Source of the DNA: Ruditapes philippinarum
Lineage: Eukaryota
Assembly: GCF_026571515.1 (NCBI RefSeq)
Contig: NW_026856698.1
Span: 310,001 to 374,000, forward strand
Reading direction: 5' to 3'
Length of the DNA: 64,000 nt
The position numbers and the translations under genes are program-made. The first letter of the stretch is position 1. Each line of letters begins with the position of its first letter. The notes beneath the pieces were generated by a model. It was not told the DNA's origin, ran no database searches, and was given only the letters and a program-made list of their open reading frames with translations. Positions 26,408-38,760 of this stretch are shown here, piece after piece.

Positions 26408-26548
26408 GATGAGATGGGGGTGATTGCCGAGACAGACGTAGATTATGGTCGAATTTACGGCCCGTTCCCCGCCGTCGGACATATACCAATATCTCATTTT
26501 ATAGGATACCTGACAGCCGACGACAGGCATGATACTGGAAGTGTAAAG
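26408..26548 (+). CDS. prdm8: PRDM8-like gene, PR/SET domain exon
   Basis: cttcag acceptor, DEMGVIAETDVDYGRIYGPFP...GSVK, GTATTT donor. Contains the PR-domain GV.A...G..YGP motif. Confidence 0.9.
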
Positions 26549-27208
26549 GTATTTAATATCTTATTCGTTTCTTATGCTTAAATTAAGAATTAATATTTTT
26601 GCTTTAGATCTTATACAAAGCAATGAAAATTGATTAAATACACCATTTAGATAAGAAGTTCAATAATTTCATTTCCCAAATACATTATTTCATTTCAATA
26701 GAGTTGAAAAATCGTAAAAAGTAAATAATATAACATCCAAAACAATCACTCAGATCTTAAGTATTAAAAAAGTGATTATTTACTTATGTAAATATAATGC
26801 ATATATTCAACATTATTGCAAGAGTATCTTTTTTATTCTGTTTTTGTACATACAGTGAATCTAAACTGACACATATAACAATATCACATTCATCATGAAA
26901 AAATCAATCTAGTTTCTAGTTTAATATTGAAATAATATCATATATTTAATAATGGTAAGGCAGCTTAGTCTTAAGCCATAATGTAACGTACAAGTATTTT
27001 TTGCTTGAAAGAGAAAAGACAGTTTAAATTGGCTTATTATAAATACCAGGAACTATTATTTTTGGTAAAGAAACATATTTATTGAATATAACTAGGAGTG
27101 TATTATCATTGTTTCGTACATTTTCATTTTGTTGTTTTAGTGAATAAAGTCAAGTGAAAGACAAATTCAAAATACATGTGTATTATATACATATTTCATG
27201 CATTTCAG

Positions 27209-27324
27209 ATAAATTTAAATGATTCTGTGTTAGGGAATACATGGCTGCCGTACGTACACCCTGCACGGACAGTTGATGAACAGAATATGGAAGCCTATAT
27301 GAAGGACGGGAATATATTTTATAG
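27209..27324 (+). CDS. prdm8: PRDM8-like gene, PR/SET domain exon
   Basis: INLNDSVLGNTWLPYVHPARTVDEQNMEAYMKDGNIFY(R), matching PRDM W..V..AR..EQN.EAY..G.IFYR. Canonical AG/GT. Confidence 0.95.
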
Positions 27325-27855
27325 GTAATACCAGCGATAATAATTTATCATAAATCAAATGATTCTTTATTTGATCAAAGTTTTGTCTAAGATCTACTAG
27401 AAATATATCGTATTGGAATCACCTAAAAAGAAATGTTTCTAACAAAGATACACTTTTTTAAGAAATAAACATTGAAAGATTGTTACATTTACTTCGATGT
27501 GTATGATAATAATAATATAATATTTCAGCATACAAAATAATACTGCAACATTATATTTCTTGTTGACGCTTTTTAATTTGATGTTATATAAGCAATATGT
27601 AATTTTATCACTTGTTTAAGCTATGTAATAATTAACCTTCCCCTATGTTTGTGTTATTCACGAAGACATACCTATATAAACCAAAAGCGTTAAATCTAGT
27701 TTAAAACAATAACATGAATTAAATACAATAATTTAGTAATGAACTAATGTCAACTAATTTAAACCATTTGCAATCACATTTTCTTGCTTTTTAAAACATA
27801 CAAATACGTATTGTTGCTCTTTTGAAACCCTTCATTAAAAATGTTATAATTTCAG

Positions 27856-27959
27856 AACTCTCCGAATCATTCGAGCAGGAGAGGAGCTCTTGGTTTGGTA
27901 CAGCAAAGACTTTGCCCAGATTCTAGATATTCCATTGTCGCATATCGTGCAAAGAGAGG
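27856..27959 (+). CDS. prdm8: PRDM8-like gene, end of PR/SET domain
   Basis: (R)TLRIIRAGEELLVWYSKDFAQILDIP..., containing the ELLVWY signature. Phase 2 in, phase 1 out. Confidence 0.95.
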
Positions 27960-28381
27960 GTTTGTATTTTTATTATCATGTTCCTTATAAAACATTACGT
28001 ATAGATTCAACATAAATATCTATAAAATTATTAACTTGGTATATCATTTTATGACATTAAAAAAAGGTACATGTATAAACATAAATAAAAAAACAATTTG
28101 TAAAAATCTTTAATATTATTCAAAATACATGACAAACAAATTATGTTTTAACAAGATAAATAAGAAAACTTGTTTTCCTCATATTCATAATACATGTATC
28201 ATTAAATAAGATAGAAAAGTGGCAGATTTAAATTTCCTAGAAATCGACAACCTCTAAATAATGATAATATGTTGCGAAATCACCCGCGCAATCACTTAAC
28301 AAACTGTTGTTGCTGTTTTTAAATTTCTCGCAACAAATAAAAAATGTTTAATTTATATGATATTTTGTCCTCTTTCTACAG

Positions 28382-29457
28382 AAAATGACACAAAACTCGT
28401 CTGCGACAAGTGTGATGAGAAGTTCCGATACAAATTTCCTCTTATGGCGCATTTACGTTTCCGGTGCACAAAGGTCACCGGAAGTCAGTCTAACACCTCG
28501 CTATCACCAACAATAAGCCGGAATAAGTCTGTAGCAGGATCTGAGATGGAAATAAATTCAAATCATGACGACCACAAGGGATTAAAAAGAAGTTTAGAAA
28601 CTGACTTTGTGAGCTCACAAAGAAAGAAACTATGTGTAGAACCTAGGGAAGAAAACAACAATGAGCAAATGCCCGGAACAAGTAATGATAGAAATACTTC
28701 TCCAGGATCAGGTAGTGCAATTAGACAAAGTTCCTCAAGAGACATTGGCAGCGCTTTTCGGAAAGTTGAAAAATCTTTTGTTAGAGAAAATGGTTCGCCT
28801 AATGAGGAAATGTCGCTTTTGAATAAACCTTTTACAATAAATGAGACGAAAATAACCTTACAGAAGGAACACGAAATGATTGCAAGGCATTTATACAATA
28901 AAGGCATGATACCACCACATTCAATGGCCAACAGATTGCCTGTTGGGATTGGAATGTTGAGTCCTGGCTGGATGGCACCAGTTTCATCAGTAGCACAGTC
29001 TTATTTAGATCCACGTGTGTATTCAGAACGGATACAGGTGTCGGTTGCTAATAAACCACAAATGGTCACACCTATAAATAGCGTGAATAGAGAGACTCTC
29101 AGAGACTTACATAATGGAGATATGTTTAGCAAACAAATGTTAATGGAACAATTAAGAAAATCACACTTACCTTTCATGCAAACTGCCAACCCAATGGTAG
29201 AGAAAATTCTTCAGACGGCAACTCCTACAATGAATCAGCGACCAATACAACCTTTGTCCCTGGCACAAAACTGGTGTGCAAAATGTAATGCTACTTTTAG
29301 GATGACTAGTGATCTCGTTTATCATATGAGATCTCACCATAAACGAGAGTTTGATCCAATAAAGAAAAAGAGGGAAGACAAATTACAATGTAATGTTTGC
29401 AAAGAAACTTTTAAAGAACGTCATCATCTAACACGTCATATGACGTCACATACCTAG
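28382..29457 (+). CDS. prdm8: PRDM8-like gene, last exon with zinc fingers
   Basis: CDKC...HLRFRC finger, then AQNWCAKCNATFRMTSDLVYHMRSHH and KLQCNVCKETFKERHHLTRHMTSH, which closely match the PRDM8/ZNF488 C-terminal C2H2 pair. TAG ends at 29457. Full model ~505 aa. Confidence 0.95.
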
Positions 29458-30439
29458 CTATAATTATGACATTTCACTTTGTGCCAAATTTTGATAAAAC
29501 TTGTAAAGAAATACTTGCGTTTCATTGTGTTTAAAATGTCATTTGTGATGTTTGTAAAGTAGCCAGCTCTTAACACGGAATAGTTTAGTAACATTTAAAA
29601 ATCTTGCTACCTTAAATTCCTCTATGTTTGTATTAAAGAAAAAGAAAAAGAATAAGAAGAAGACCATTTTATTTAACTTAATATACTTTTACATGTATCT
29701 ACTTATATATAGAAACTATTTAAATTCATAGAAAATATTTTTTCACGATTGATATCAAATATAACACAATAATAAATGTTTAAATTGATACAATCTAGAG
29801 AATCAGCTCTGATATCATGTATAAAATAAGATATTGAATAGAAGTTACTATTTCATTAATAAAGTGTCTATAGTCTAGGATATAAATTCAATATATCATT
29901 TCTTTTTTATCGGCTAAATAGATCAATTTGCTAAGATTATTTTGAACTAATCTGTTGTTTGACTTAGGCATACGTATCTATGTATTTGTACATATAAAAA
30001 TGACGTTTGATTCAATCGACTTCTTAAACTTTGTTAAGCATTGCATTTAAGAATAAAATGATATTCATCTTCGATCTCAGAGCATTGACATAATTGGACT
30101 AATCTTTACCGTCTTTCTATTCAATTCCTACAATATCGACCTGTTTAAATTCTATGATTTTGTGAAGAAATTCTTAAACGTGAAATACACATGAACTACT
30201 CCTTTAAAATTTAGATTTGATAGTTTTAAGACGAATATAAAGAATGTTTAAAACATTATTGTTGTTTATCTGCTTGCCATGTTTGTTTAAAGCAAATTTC
30301 AACCTCTGTGTCAAAGTACATCTGCTAAACCGTATTTTTCTAGTAATATTTTAACATTGTAGGTCCAATTTTTTATTTGCGACATAACATTGATATACTC
30401 ATAATTGTTTACAGTATCAATTTAACACAGTTACAATAT

Positions 30440-30700
30440 CGAATTTTTACTTGAAACATTTGTAAAGACATTTGTAAAGATTGAATGGTTAACATACAGA
30501 TTTGTGTATTAAAACAATTGTAAAGATAAAATGGTAACGGTACGAAATTGTCAATTGAAACATTTGTAAAGATAAATACAGTAAAGATTCAGAAACGTTA
30601 ATTGAAACACTTAGAGAAAAAAGAAAAGTAAAGATAAACACGGTTAAGATAGAACATTTGTAAAGATAAATACGGTAAAGATACAGAATTATTAATTGAA
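30440..30700. repeat. Imperfect tandem repeat (AATTGAAACATTTGTAAAGATAAATACGGTAAAGATACAGA-like) in the presumptive prdm8 3' region
   Basis: About 5-6 degenerate copies visible. Confidence 0.7.
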
Positions 30701-31084
30701 ATACCTAAATTACATGTAGCATTGATTAATTGCTATTGGAATATTGTTACTATGGTTTTAATATATTTTTTGTTACATGATTTGCTATAATAGAAATGCG
30801 CAGCTGTAGTGAATGATATTTACTTATTTGACAAGTGTGCATTTTCAATTTGTTTTCTTTCTGAATATTTTCCTTTTTGTCAGACTATTTTCATTATATG
30901 AGTGTGTAGTAGGAGAGAAATAAAAACTAAAATTCTTAACATAAAAGCTGTTCATTTTATTTCATTTAAATGGTAAACAATATATGAATTACCATACAGA
31001 CAGATGTGTTTCTAATTTTTAATGATTTTAAGATGTATTAACGACTAATATATTCGCGTGTATATTTACACTTCTTTCAACAAC

Positions 31085-31170
31085 ATACAAAGTGTGCAAA
31101 AGTATACAAAATAGTGCAAAAGTAAACACGATTGTGCAAAGTATGCAAAATGTCCAAAAGTATACAACAA
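31085..31170. repeat. Short tandem repeat GTGCAAAAGTATACAAAATA-like, ~4 copies
   Basis: Directly visible. Confidence 0.65.
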
Positions 31171-32518
31171 TATAAACAAAATGCGACCACTCGTTCTTTT
31201 ATTCCTGAGGCATTCTCAAATAAAATGATACTTATTTCATCGCATTTGCATTTTTAAAATACAATAAAATAAATAAATTCATAGATATAGATTTCAATGA
31301 TAAAAACATAATTTAATCTTCATGAATTTTTTCATATATTTCCATGCAAATAACCAAGGAATATGTAGCTTCTATCAGAACATATTTTCCCATTTATTAA
31401 AGAATAATTACCTTAAATTGACAGTATAATATCTGACGTAATGTCATATTTAACACTAATTAGTGTTTGAAGTAAAGAAACACTGCACTCAAGCAAGCAA
31501 AAATGCCGATGAGCATATTGTTATCAAAATAAAATGTATTTTAGTTGTGTGTTTTAGCATAATTACTGTCCCATTATTTCTCAATAAGGCAAAAACTTCA
31601 ATTCGTGGTCTCATGGTCGTGTTGAGCTCTAAATGAACAGATGGTCCAAAAACATGTTTTAGGCTTGAGCGCTTGTCGATCAAAGTTTTCATTATTTGAT
31701 ACACGTGCTTTACGCGCTAGAACAATGCCCCCGTCACGCTTTAAGTGTCGGGAAAAGATTTACAGGTCTGACCCTTATTGTCCCCGGCATATGTGCAAAA
31801 GCTCGTCTAAGAAACACATTAGTTTTCTTAATTAAACAATTTGACCCTAACATAGTGGATACCTCTGATTAAAGGCGAGGTTTTCTTCAGGGTGGCTAGT
31901 TTCTCATTTTTCAAATGTTCATGCATACGCTCGGTTAAACTTAAGAAATCTTAATAATTCATATAGCCGTGAGTTATTTCTAATTTTTTGTTTTAAGCGT
32001 TTGTTCTTTATTGATTAATTGTTTTATTTTGTTTGATTCCGTTTACCAATTTGCATATAAAATGAATCATAATTCGCATTATTGTGGACCCGTGTTTATC
32101 ATTTGGAGAAAAAATAGAATATATACTAGAGATAAGGGAAAGCATCTTGTTTGTGGTAAATCTTCAATCCTGGAAAGATAAAGGCTTAAAGGCATTTAAA
32201 ATATAATATAAATTATTTGATAGCAGTTAGTATACCATTCTTTTTATTTAAACTCACTTCACCAATGATCACAATAAAATAAATCAAGAAAGTTACTAGT
32301 ATAATGTCTGTGCTAATTATTGTGTATAATTCATGGTGTTTCATTGATATACTGTATTAAGATGATTATGTCATCGACTTTAAAAATATTTAAAGAACGA
32401 ATTATTTTCTTTTATGATCTATTAATAAAAAGAAGTAAAAAAATAAAAGTTACACCGCCCAAACAACAACAACAACGACGACGAAAAAACAACAACAAAA
32501 TAAACCCACTTAAGGTGT

Positions 32519-32696
32519 CTTTGCCATCAGTATATAGTCATGCTAGCCTACACACCCTTGCAGTCTGACCAGGCTCTAAACCGTTCACTGACTTGATAAA
32601 AATTTTCAAATTGATATCCCCAAAAATGATAATGAATAATTCCAAAAATTGAAGCAATGAAGTTCATTCAAGAAAGGTAGCAGTTTAAGTGTTTAA
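32519..32696 (-). mobile_element. TTAA-ended MITE family, copy 2
   Basis: CTGACCAGGCTCT and CTTTGCCA are reverse complements of motifs in the other copies. Confidence 0.55.
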
Positions 32697-33719
32697 TTAA
32701 TGAATATAAAAAAATATGCTTTGGATATATGAATATTATACAACTTATTAAATATTATAAATGATACATTTGGAAACACTTTACTCCGTAACTAGTTAGT
32801 TTAACATCCAACACTTTAACATCGTAGAGATTTACATTTATGAACTAAATACTTTAATAACATTTACCTCCCTTTCACACTTATACGAGCACAACTTTAG
32901 CAGAAAATTTAAAATTGTACAATTATTCTTATTTTCATATCATTCGTATAAAAAATAATAAAACATACTGTGTGATATAAAAAGTATAATAGCTTAATAT
33001 GCATATCGATTGCATTAACTACCACATTTATCATTTTAAGAAAGTCTGTTTGTTCTAATAATTCAAGCACCAGCAGTCTGTTGTGGATTCGCCGACGAAA
33101 ACTCTAAAACGAAAAACCGCAACAATCTGTCTATATTTGTTCACTTTGACATTGCTACTCAAACTCATATTTCTTCCGCCACTCTTCATTTAAAGACACG
33201 AAAAGCCGTCTAATTAAGCCATAAATGAAGAGGACATGTTCCACAACATTAGTTCAATCAGTAACTGTCAGAGAGAAATCAAAGAACACAAATCACGTTT
33301 CAGATATGAGCGACTCTGTAAATTAAAGTTAATACGCTCCATCGTACTTTGGTATTCAATTTAGAAATATTTTGATTAAAGCAGTGTATCGGAACATACG
33401 CTGTCATCAAACAAATAGACGAATTTTGACAGCCAATATATTGTGTCTTTACAAATCTATTGTGATCTATACGGATAAAAGGCCTTCTCTGGAGGTAGAC
33501 AGTACACAATCAATCTGGCTGGGAATTTCGATTAAATGATACACATTTTCCTTACAAATTTCATTGGAAATACATATTAGTAGTTTCTGTTATAAATTCA
33601 TGTGCATGTTTATTTTTTCAACATACTGACTTGGCACAAAATTAATACAGTGATTATCAAGAAGAAGAAAAACACAACAAAATAACGCTTTTTTAAAAGG
33701 GATTCCAATAGGGTAACAC

Positions 33720-33880
33720 ATACATGTGTTAATTGAAGCATGAAGCTATTTTTTTTATATATATATCGAAATATGAACATATTTCGATTGAGGGCACAAT
33801 ATGGCATATTTTGATTTGAATACGTGACATATTTGAAATTGGTTTTACAACATTTATGATTGATATTGATAGATCATCGT
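33720..33880 (-). repeat. Module A copy 1 (diverged)
   Basis: Reverse strand reads ATCAATCA...AAATATGTCA...TATTGTGCCCTCAATCGAAATATGTTC...ATGCTTCA. Confidence 0.7.
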
Positions 33881-34336
33881 TTTAGAAATAAAGACGTATA
33901 TATGCCAAGTTTGCTAACATATGCGTGTTTTTTGTATTTTTTAATAAAGAAATGAGACTCTCTTGAAATATACAGGCGCTTTCATAATCGTATTCTATTG
34001 TTAATAATTAATATTATCAACTTTAATAAACCACGATGGTATTTAATACATGCCAACATTTAAACATAATCAAAACATCTTAAATGCGCTTTTAAAATTT
34101 ACAAGCATATAAATTGAAGGTATTTTTGACAAATTACATCGGCAAGTTACATTTTGTTTAATTAGAGAGAACACTATTATTTGAGGAAGATAGTTATATT
34201 ATACCTTAACTGATTTTAATGGACTTGTCAAGCTTCAATATTTGGACTGCCTATTATACGCGAGGGGAAGTCAGAAAATATCCGGACTTTTGACTCGTTC
34301 TCGAAAAAACATTCAACATTTAAAAAAATAAATAAA

Positions 34337-36259
34337 ATATTCTCCACCTACGTCTTCGCACTTTTACGGAATGCCGTTAGGGCCATTGCCTATGAATGTG
34401 TTGATCTGAAACGCGATAGTCGATAGTACGATGGTGAAAACGCGAAATCACGAAAATACGATGGTGAAAACGCGAAAGCACGATGATGAAAACGCGAAAG
34501 TACGATGATGAAAACGCGACAGTACGATACTACGATAATGAAAGCGCGATAAACTATCGTGTTTTCACCATCGTACTGTCGCGTTTTCACCATCGTAGTT
34601 TCGTGATTTCGCGTTTTCATCATCGTACTGTCGTGTTTTCATCATCGTACTATCGCGTTTTCACCATCGTACTATCGCGTTTTCACCATCGTACTATCGC
34701 GTTTTCACCATCGTACTGTCGTGTTTTCATCATCGTACTATCGCGTTTTCACCATCGTACTGTCGTGATTTCATCATCGTACTATCGCGTTTTCATCATC
34801 GTACTATCGCGTTTTCACCATCGTAGTTTCGTGATTTCGTGTTTTCACCATCGTACTATCGACTATCGCGTTTCAGATTAACACATTCATAGGCGATGGC
34901 CCTAACGGCATTCCTGAATGCCGTTAGGGCCATCGCCTATGAATGGTTTAATCTGAAACGCGATACTCGACAGTACGATGATGAAAACGCGAAATCACGA
35001 AACTACGATGGTGAAAACGCGACAGTACGATGGTGAAAACACGATAGATTATCGCGTTTTCATCATCGTAGTATCGTACTGTCGCGATTTCATCATCGTA
35101 CTATCGCGTTTTCATCATCGTGCTTTCGCGTTTTCACCATCGTAGTTTCGTGATTTCGCGTTTTCACCATCGTTCTATCGACTATCGCGTTTTAGATCAA
35201 CACATTCATAGGCGATGGCCCTAACGGCATTCCGTACACTTTTGCCATCTTCGTGGGAGCTTTTGTATTCCCGCTGTGAACCATGACGTAGACCTATGTT
35301 TTAGGTACTGTGTAACAGCAGATATCAAAGCCGCCCTGGTATAATGTTTCTTTCTAGCAAGCAATTTTTTCAGTTCTGGAAACAAATAAAAGTCACAGGG
35401 GGCGAGGTCTGGGCTATAAGGAGGGTGAGACAACAATTGCCATTTGTAAGAGTTGATAACCTCCACTGTAGTTGCGGCGGTATGTGAGGGGGCGTATCGT
35501 GAAGAAGGAGGACATTTTTCTGTGCTAACCTGGGACGCATTTACTTCAGCTTTTCTCTGAGATTTTTCAGAATTACTTCAGAATAGTACTTGGCGGTGAC
35601 AGTTTGACCTTTTGGCGTGAAATGAGTAAGTATCATTCCTCGTGAATCCCAAAAGGCAACAAGCATGACTTTGCCAGCCGAAGGAGACAGCTTAAACTTT
35701 TTAGGAGGTGGGGAACCAGCTCGTTACCACTGCTTTGATTGAGCTTTTGTCTCAGGTTCGGAATAATGAACCCACATCTCATCTCCAGTGATAATGCGGT
35801 TCAAAAACTTATCTCCTTCACGATTAAAACGACTTAAATGTTCTTTTGCATTGGTTACTCTGGTTGCCTTTTGATCTGCGGACAGCTGTCTAGGCACCCA
35901 CCTGGCACTTACCTTGCTCATGCCTAGGTGTTCGTGTAAAATCTTGTGTGCCGATGCCTTACCGATGCTAAACTTGTTGGCTACCTCCTCCAAAGTTACT
36001 CGACGATTTTTGTTGACAAAAGCTTTAACATTTGCTACCATTGTTTGGGTCACCGCCTCAGCTTGCCACCCAGTCCTAGGCCTGTCACAAACACTTGTTC
36101 TGCCTTCACGAAACTGAGAAACCCAGCTGTAGAAGGTTGAACGTGATACACATTTATCAGAAAATCTTTTTTTAAGCCTCTGAAAGATGTGGCAGGGCTT
36201 TTCACCTTCTACAATCAGAAACTTTATTACAGAGCGTGTCCCTCTAACAAAGAGTCCAT
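34337..36259 (-). pseudogene. mariner transposase pseudogene
   Basis: Probable ATG at 36259. In-frame stops (e.g. after SKQW) and frameshifts. The C-terminus PRRWQK|CEDVGGEYF is interrupted by the 34365-35236 insertion. Confidence 0.9.
34365..35236. mobile_element. IS3EU-like non-autonomous element built from a 22-bp minisatellite; inverted dimer of two palindromic units
   Basis: Termini TACGGAATGCCGTTAGGGCCAT...ATGGCCCTAACGGCATTCCGTA. Exact 6-bp TSD CACTTT at 34359-34364 and 35237-35242. Internal ACGATGGTGAAAACGCGATAGT arrays in both orientations. TAY..RTA ends with a 6-bp TSD are the described IS3EU hallmarks. Confidence 0.8.
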
Positions 36260-37619
36260 GATAGACGAAACACCTATCATATATCAGAGGGCAAAATACT
36301 GTGTATACACAACTATCATTGAAAATAAACTGACCACGTTATTGGCGAATGAATGTAGTTTTCACCAATAAATAATGTGTGTATATAGCTGCACGTGGAA
36401 AGAGAAGAGCATGAAAAGTCCGGATATTTTCTGACCGTCCCTCGTAAATTTGGGAATATATAGATATTAAAATTGTTAAAGTTATACAGGCTGGGCTTGT
36501 TTGTTCTAGTGGCAAAGGCTGAAAACGTTCGGGGCCAGTAGTTAACGGGTTAATGAATGTTACTGACTGTTGGTATAAGAGTATCTAGTATGGGAAGGAT
36601 TACGTAAATGTTTGATTTCTACTGAATACAGGTGAGCAGAATATCCATTCATATCTCTGGTTAATAAATTTGATTGGCGAAGACGTGTGTATTAACATGT
36701 TTCTGGTTGAACATGCATGTTCATCTTTTAAGGTTTTCTTATTCTCAGAACAAAATATCCAAGTTGCTCGGATCACAGCAAAAAAGTGCATCATATTTGA
36801 GAAGAAGTTTTTAGAATTAAAATGTGCGCCTGATATGAGACAAGATGTCGCGCTATAAACTAGATAAGAACTGTAAACACTTGTTAGTGCATTCATATTG
36901 TGCACTCTTTGTGCTCTTTTCAACTGATTTTAAATGATAAAATCGCATTTAAATCTTTTTGGAGCCTCTAGTGATTGATCTGTTATTGTGTTGTGAGCAT
37001 CTTGACATTTGCCGCGATGATGTGACAAAAGGAGAATCATTTGTTTGTTCTCAATTTGTAGATTTTGCTTCATATATGAAACAAAGCTTTTAAATAACAT
37101 AAGACTGAATACTGAAATGCTATAATTTATTGATGCAACATAAATATGGTTTATTTATACTCGAATTAGATGATGACGTTTCGTTTTGTTACAATAAATA
37201 AGCTAAAAACTTTATGAAATTTGAAAAAAATATCATTCTGCAAAAATAATTTCGTGAAATGATTACAAATCTCTGATCTGAACACTTTACCAAGAAGACA
37301 GAAAGATAAGAGTATTTGAACTATTTGGTGCGGATGTGAATACTAATGTTGAAGTGTAGTGAAAAGTTTCATTAATTGAAATACAAAAACAACAAAACAA
37401 AATGAAAATGAAGTTTGAAGAACATCTTATGATACATATTGATCAATATATGTTGTCTATTGCGTGCTGTTTTATAAAGCGACTCTTGTTTAAAAATAAG
37501 TGTGTGCCTGCTGCAAGATATAATAATTGTTTCTAAACAACTATTTGTTTTATATTCAAGTGGAAAACAGTCAACAGAATTTTAAGACAGACTATACCTT
37601 TTAATAATCTAGATATTAA

Positions 37620-37835
37620 GCGTGTTCTTTGACAAACAATTAATCAAAAATGAAAATAAACATTGCAATATTAAACTACTTTAAACAATGCCTAAGAATG
37701 ACAATAAAAGAAATTCTCTCCCGTTTTTAACACTCAAACACAGATTGGACAATGTGAGATGTTATCATACATCAAGATAACCAAGAGTCAATTTGTTGAC
37801 CTTTGAGATTATCATACATCAGTTCAGAAAACAAA
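37620..37835 (+). repeat. Module C copy 1
   Basis: Shares GTTCTTTGAC, TACTTTAA.ACAATGCC, TCAAACACAGAT, TGTGAGAT.TTATCA and GTCAATTTGTTGACCT, in the same order, with 46828-47090. Confidence 0.75.
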
Positions 37836-38559
37836 GGCACCACTGACAGAACAATACTAACATAAGGTCACCTGTAATGTTGTATTTTATAATTAGTCTA
37901 ACTTGTTAACATTTAATTCCTTTGGTGTTGTGATAAAATGAATACACATAGACCTTAAAGGAGCAAACAATGAAAATGTTGTTGAAGGCTCAGGTCGACT
38001 GAATCTGTTCATGGAATAACAGCATTTGTTTTATACCATGCAAATCATTTGATGTGCTCTAAAAAGAGCATATATTTTTGCAAATATAGAAAAGAATACG
38101 CGCAACCGAATCTTGCGTATTTTCAATGTTTAAAGGTGCTTTACTCATGGACTTCTTAAAGTAATATAGCGTTACATAATAAAAAATTGAAATTCAAAAT
38201 TAAGATAATTTCATCTGGAATAAGGAATCATACTTTGACCGTGGCAAATAAAAGTGAATATTCATACAAGGAAAACATTGTGCGCATGTTACTAATACTG
38301 TAGATGTTCTTTATCAGCATTATCTTTTTATATTATTTCTTTTCTTATTAAACGATCAATAATTTTATGAACAATAAGTTTTAATATAGCTAAGGAAATA
38401 AAAAAAGAATTATGTTTAATGTTATATTCTTTTCAATGTGTTGTTATTTCTGTTTTTCAATATTACAGTAACACTATTTGTATAAACGAAGGTGCATAAG
38501 AATAAGAATGTTAAAGGGAGACATAAAAGTTAGGGTAACTAATTTATAAATAAACCCAT

Positions 38560-38760
38560 CATCCTCTCGTTTTTCTGTCTAGCAGTTATTCAATTTTAAG
38601 CTAATATTTGACATTGATTGAGATATATCTCGACCAGGAAATGAGGTTGCTGGCAGAACTTTATGGACTGTGTTGTTTTTCATATTGATTTGTGCCATCT
38701 CCCGATCATTTGTCTAGATTTTATCCAATTCAATTGAAACGACTACATCGGAACAATATT
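38560..38760 (+). repeat. Module B copy 1 (diverged)
   Basis: CTAATATTTGACATT.ATTG.GATATATCTCGACCAG...TATGGACTGT...GATCATTTGTCTAGATTT. Confidence 0.8.

Larger units (their letters stand above)
34261..36444 (-). mobile_element. Full-length but defective mariner (DD34D-type) transposon, ~1.3 kb after removing the nested insertion
   Basis: TIRs CGAGGGGAAGTCAGAAAATATCCGGACTTTT / AAAAGTCCGGATATTTTCTGACCGTCCCTCG, with TA on the right. Transposase motifs WVPRQL, ITGDEMW, LLHD, HPPYSPDLAPCDFYLF. Confidence 0.95.
34201..36553 (+). mobile_element. TTAA-ended MITE family, copy 3, split by the mariner insertion
   Basis: 5' part 34201-34258 and 3' part 36447-36553 (CAGGCTGGGCTT...GTGGCAAAGGCT...GGGTTAA) resemble copies 1 and 2. 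Confidence 0.5.

Noticed and set aside
28563-29189. Antisense ORFs within the prdm8 last exon
   Set aside because: Shadow frames with no independent splice or homology support.
34365-35236. Regular ~22-bp repeats as a CRISPR array, and ORFs 34390-34623 and 34483-34881
   Set aside because: No unique spacers or cas genes, and the context is eukaryotic. The ORFs are translations of the minisatellite.
36600-37050. Overlapping ORFs suggesting a decayed gene
   Set aside because: No motif I can identify in any frame.
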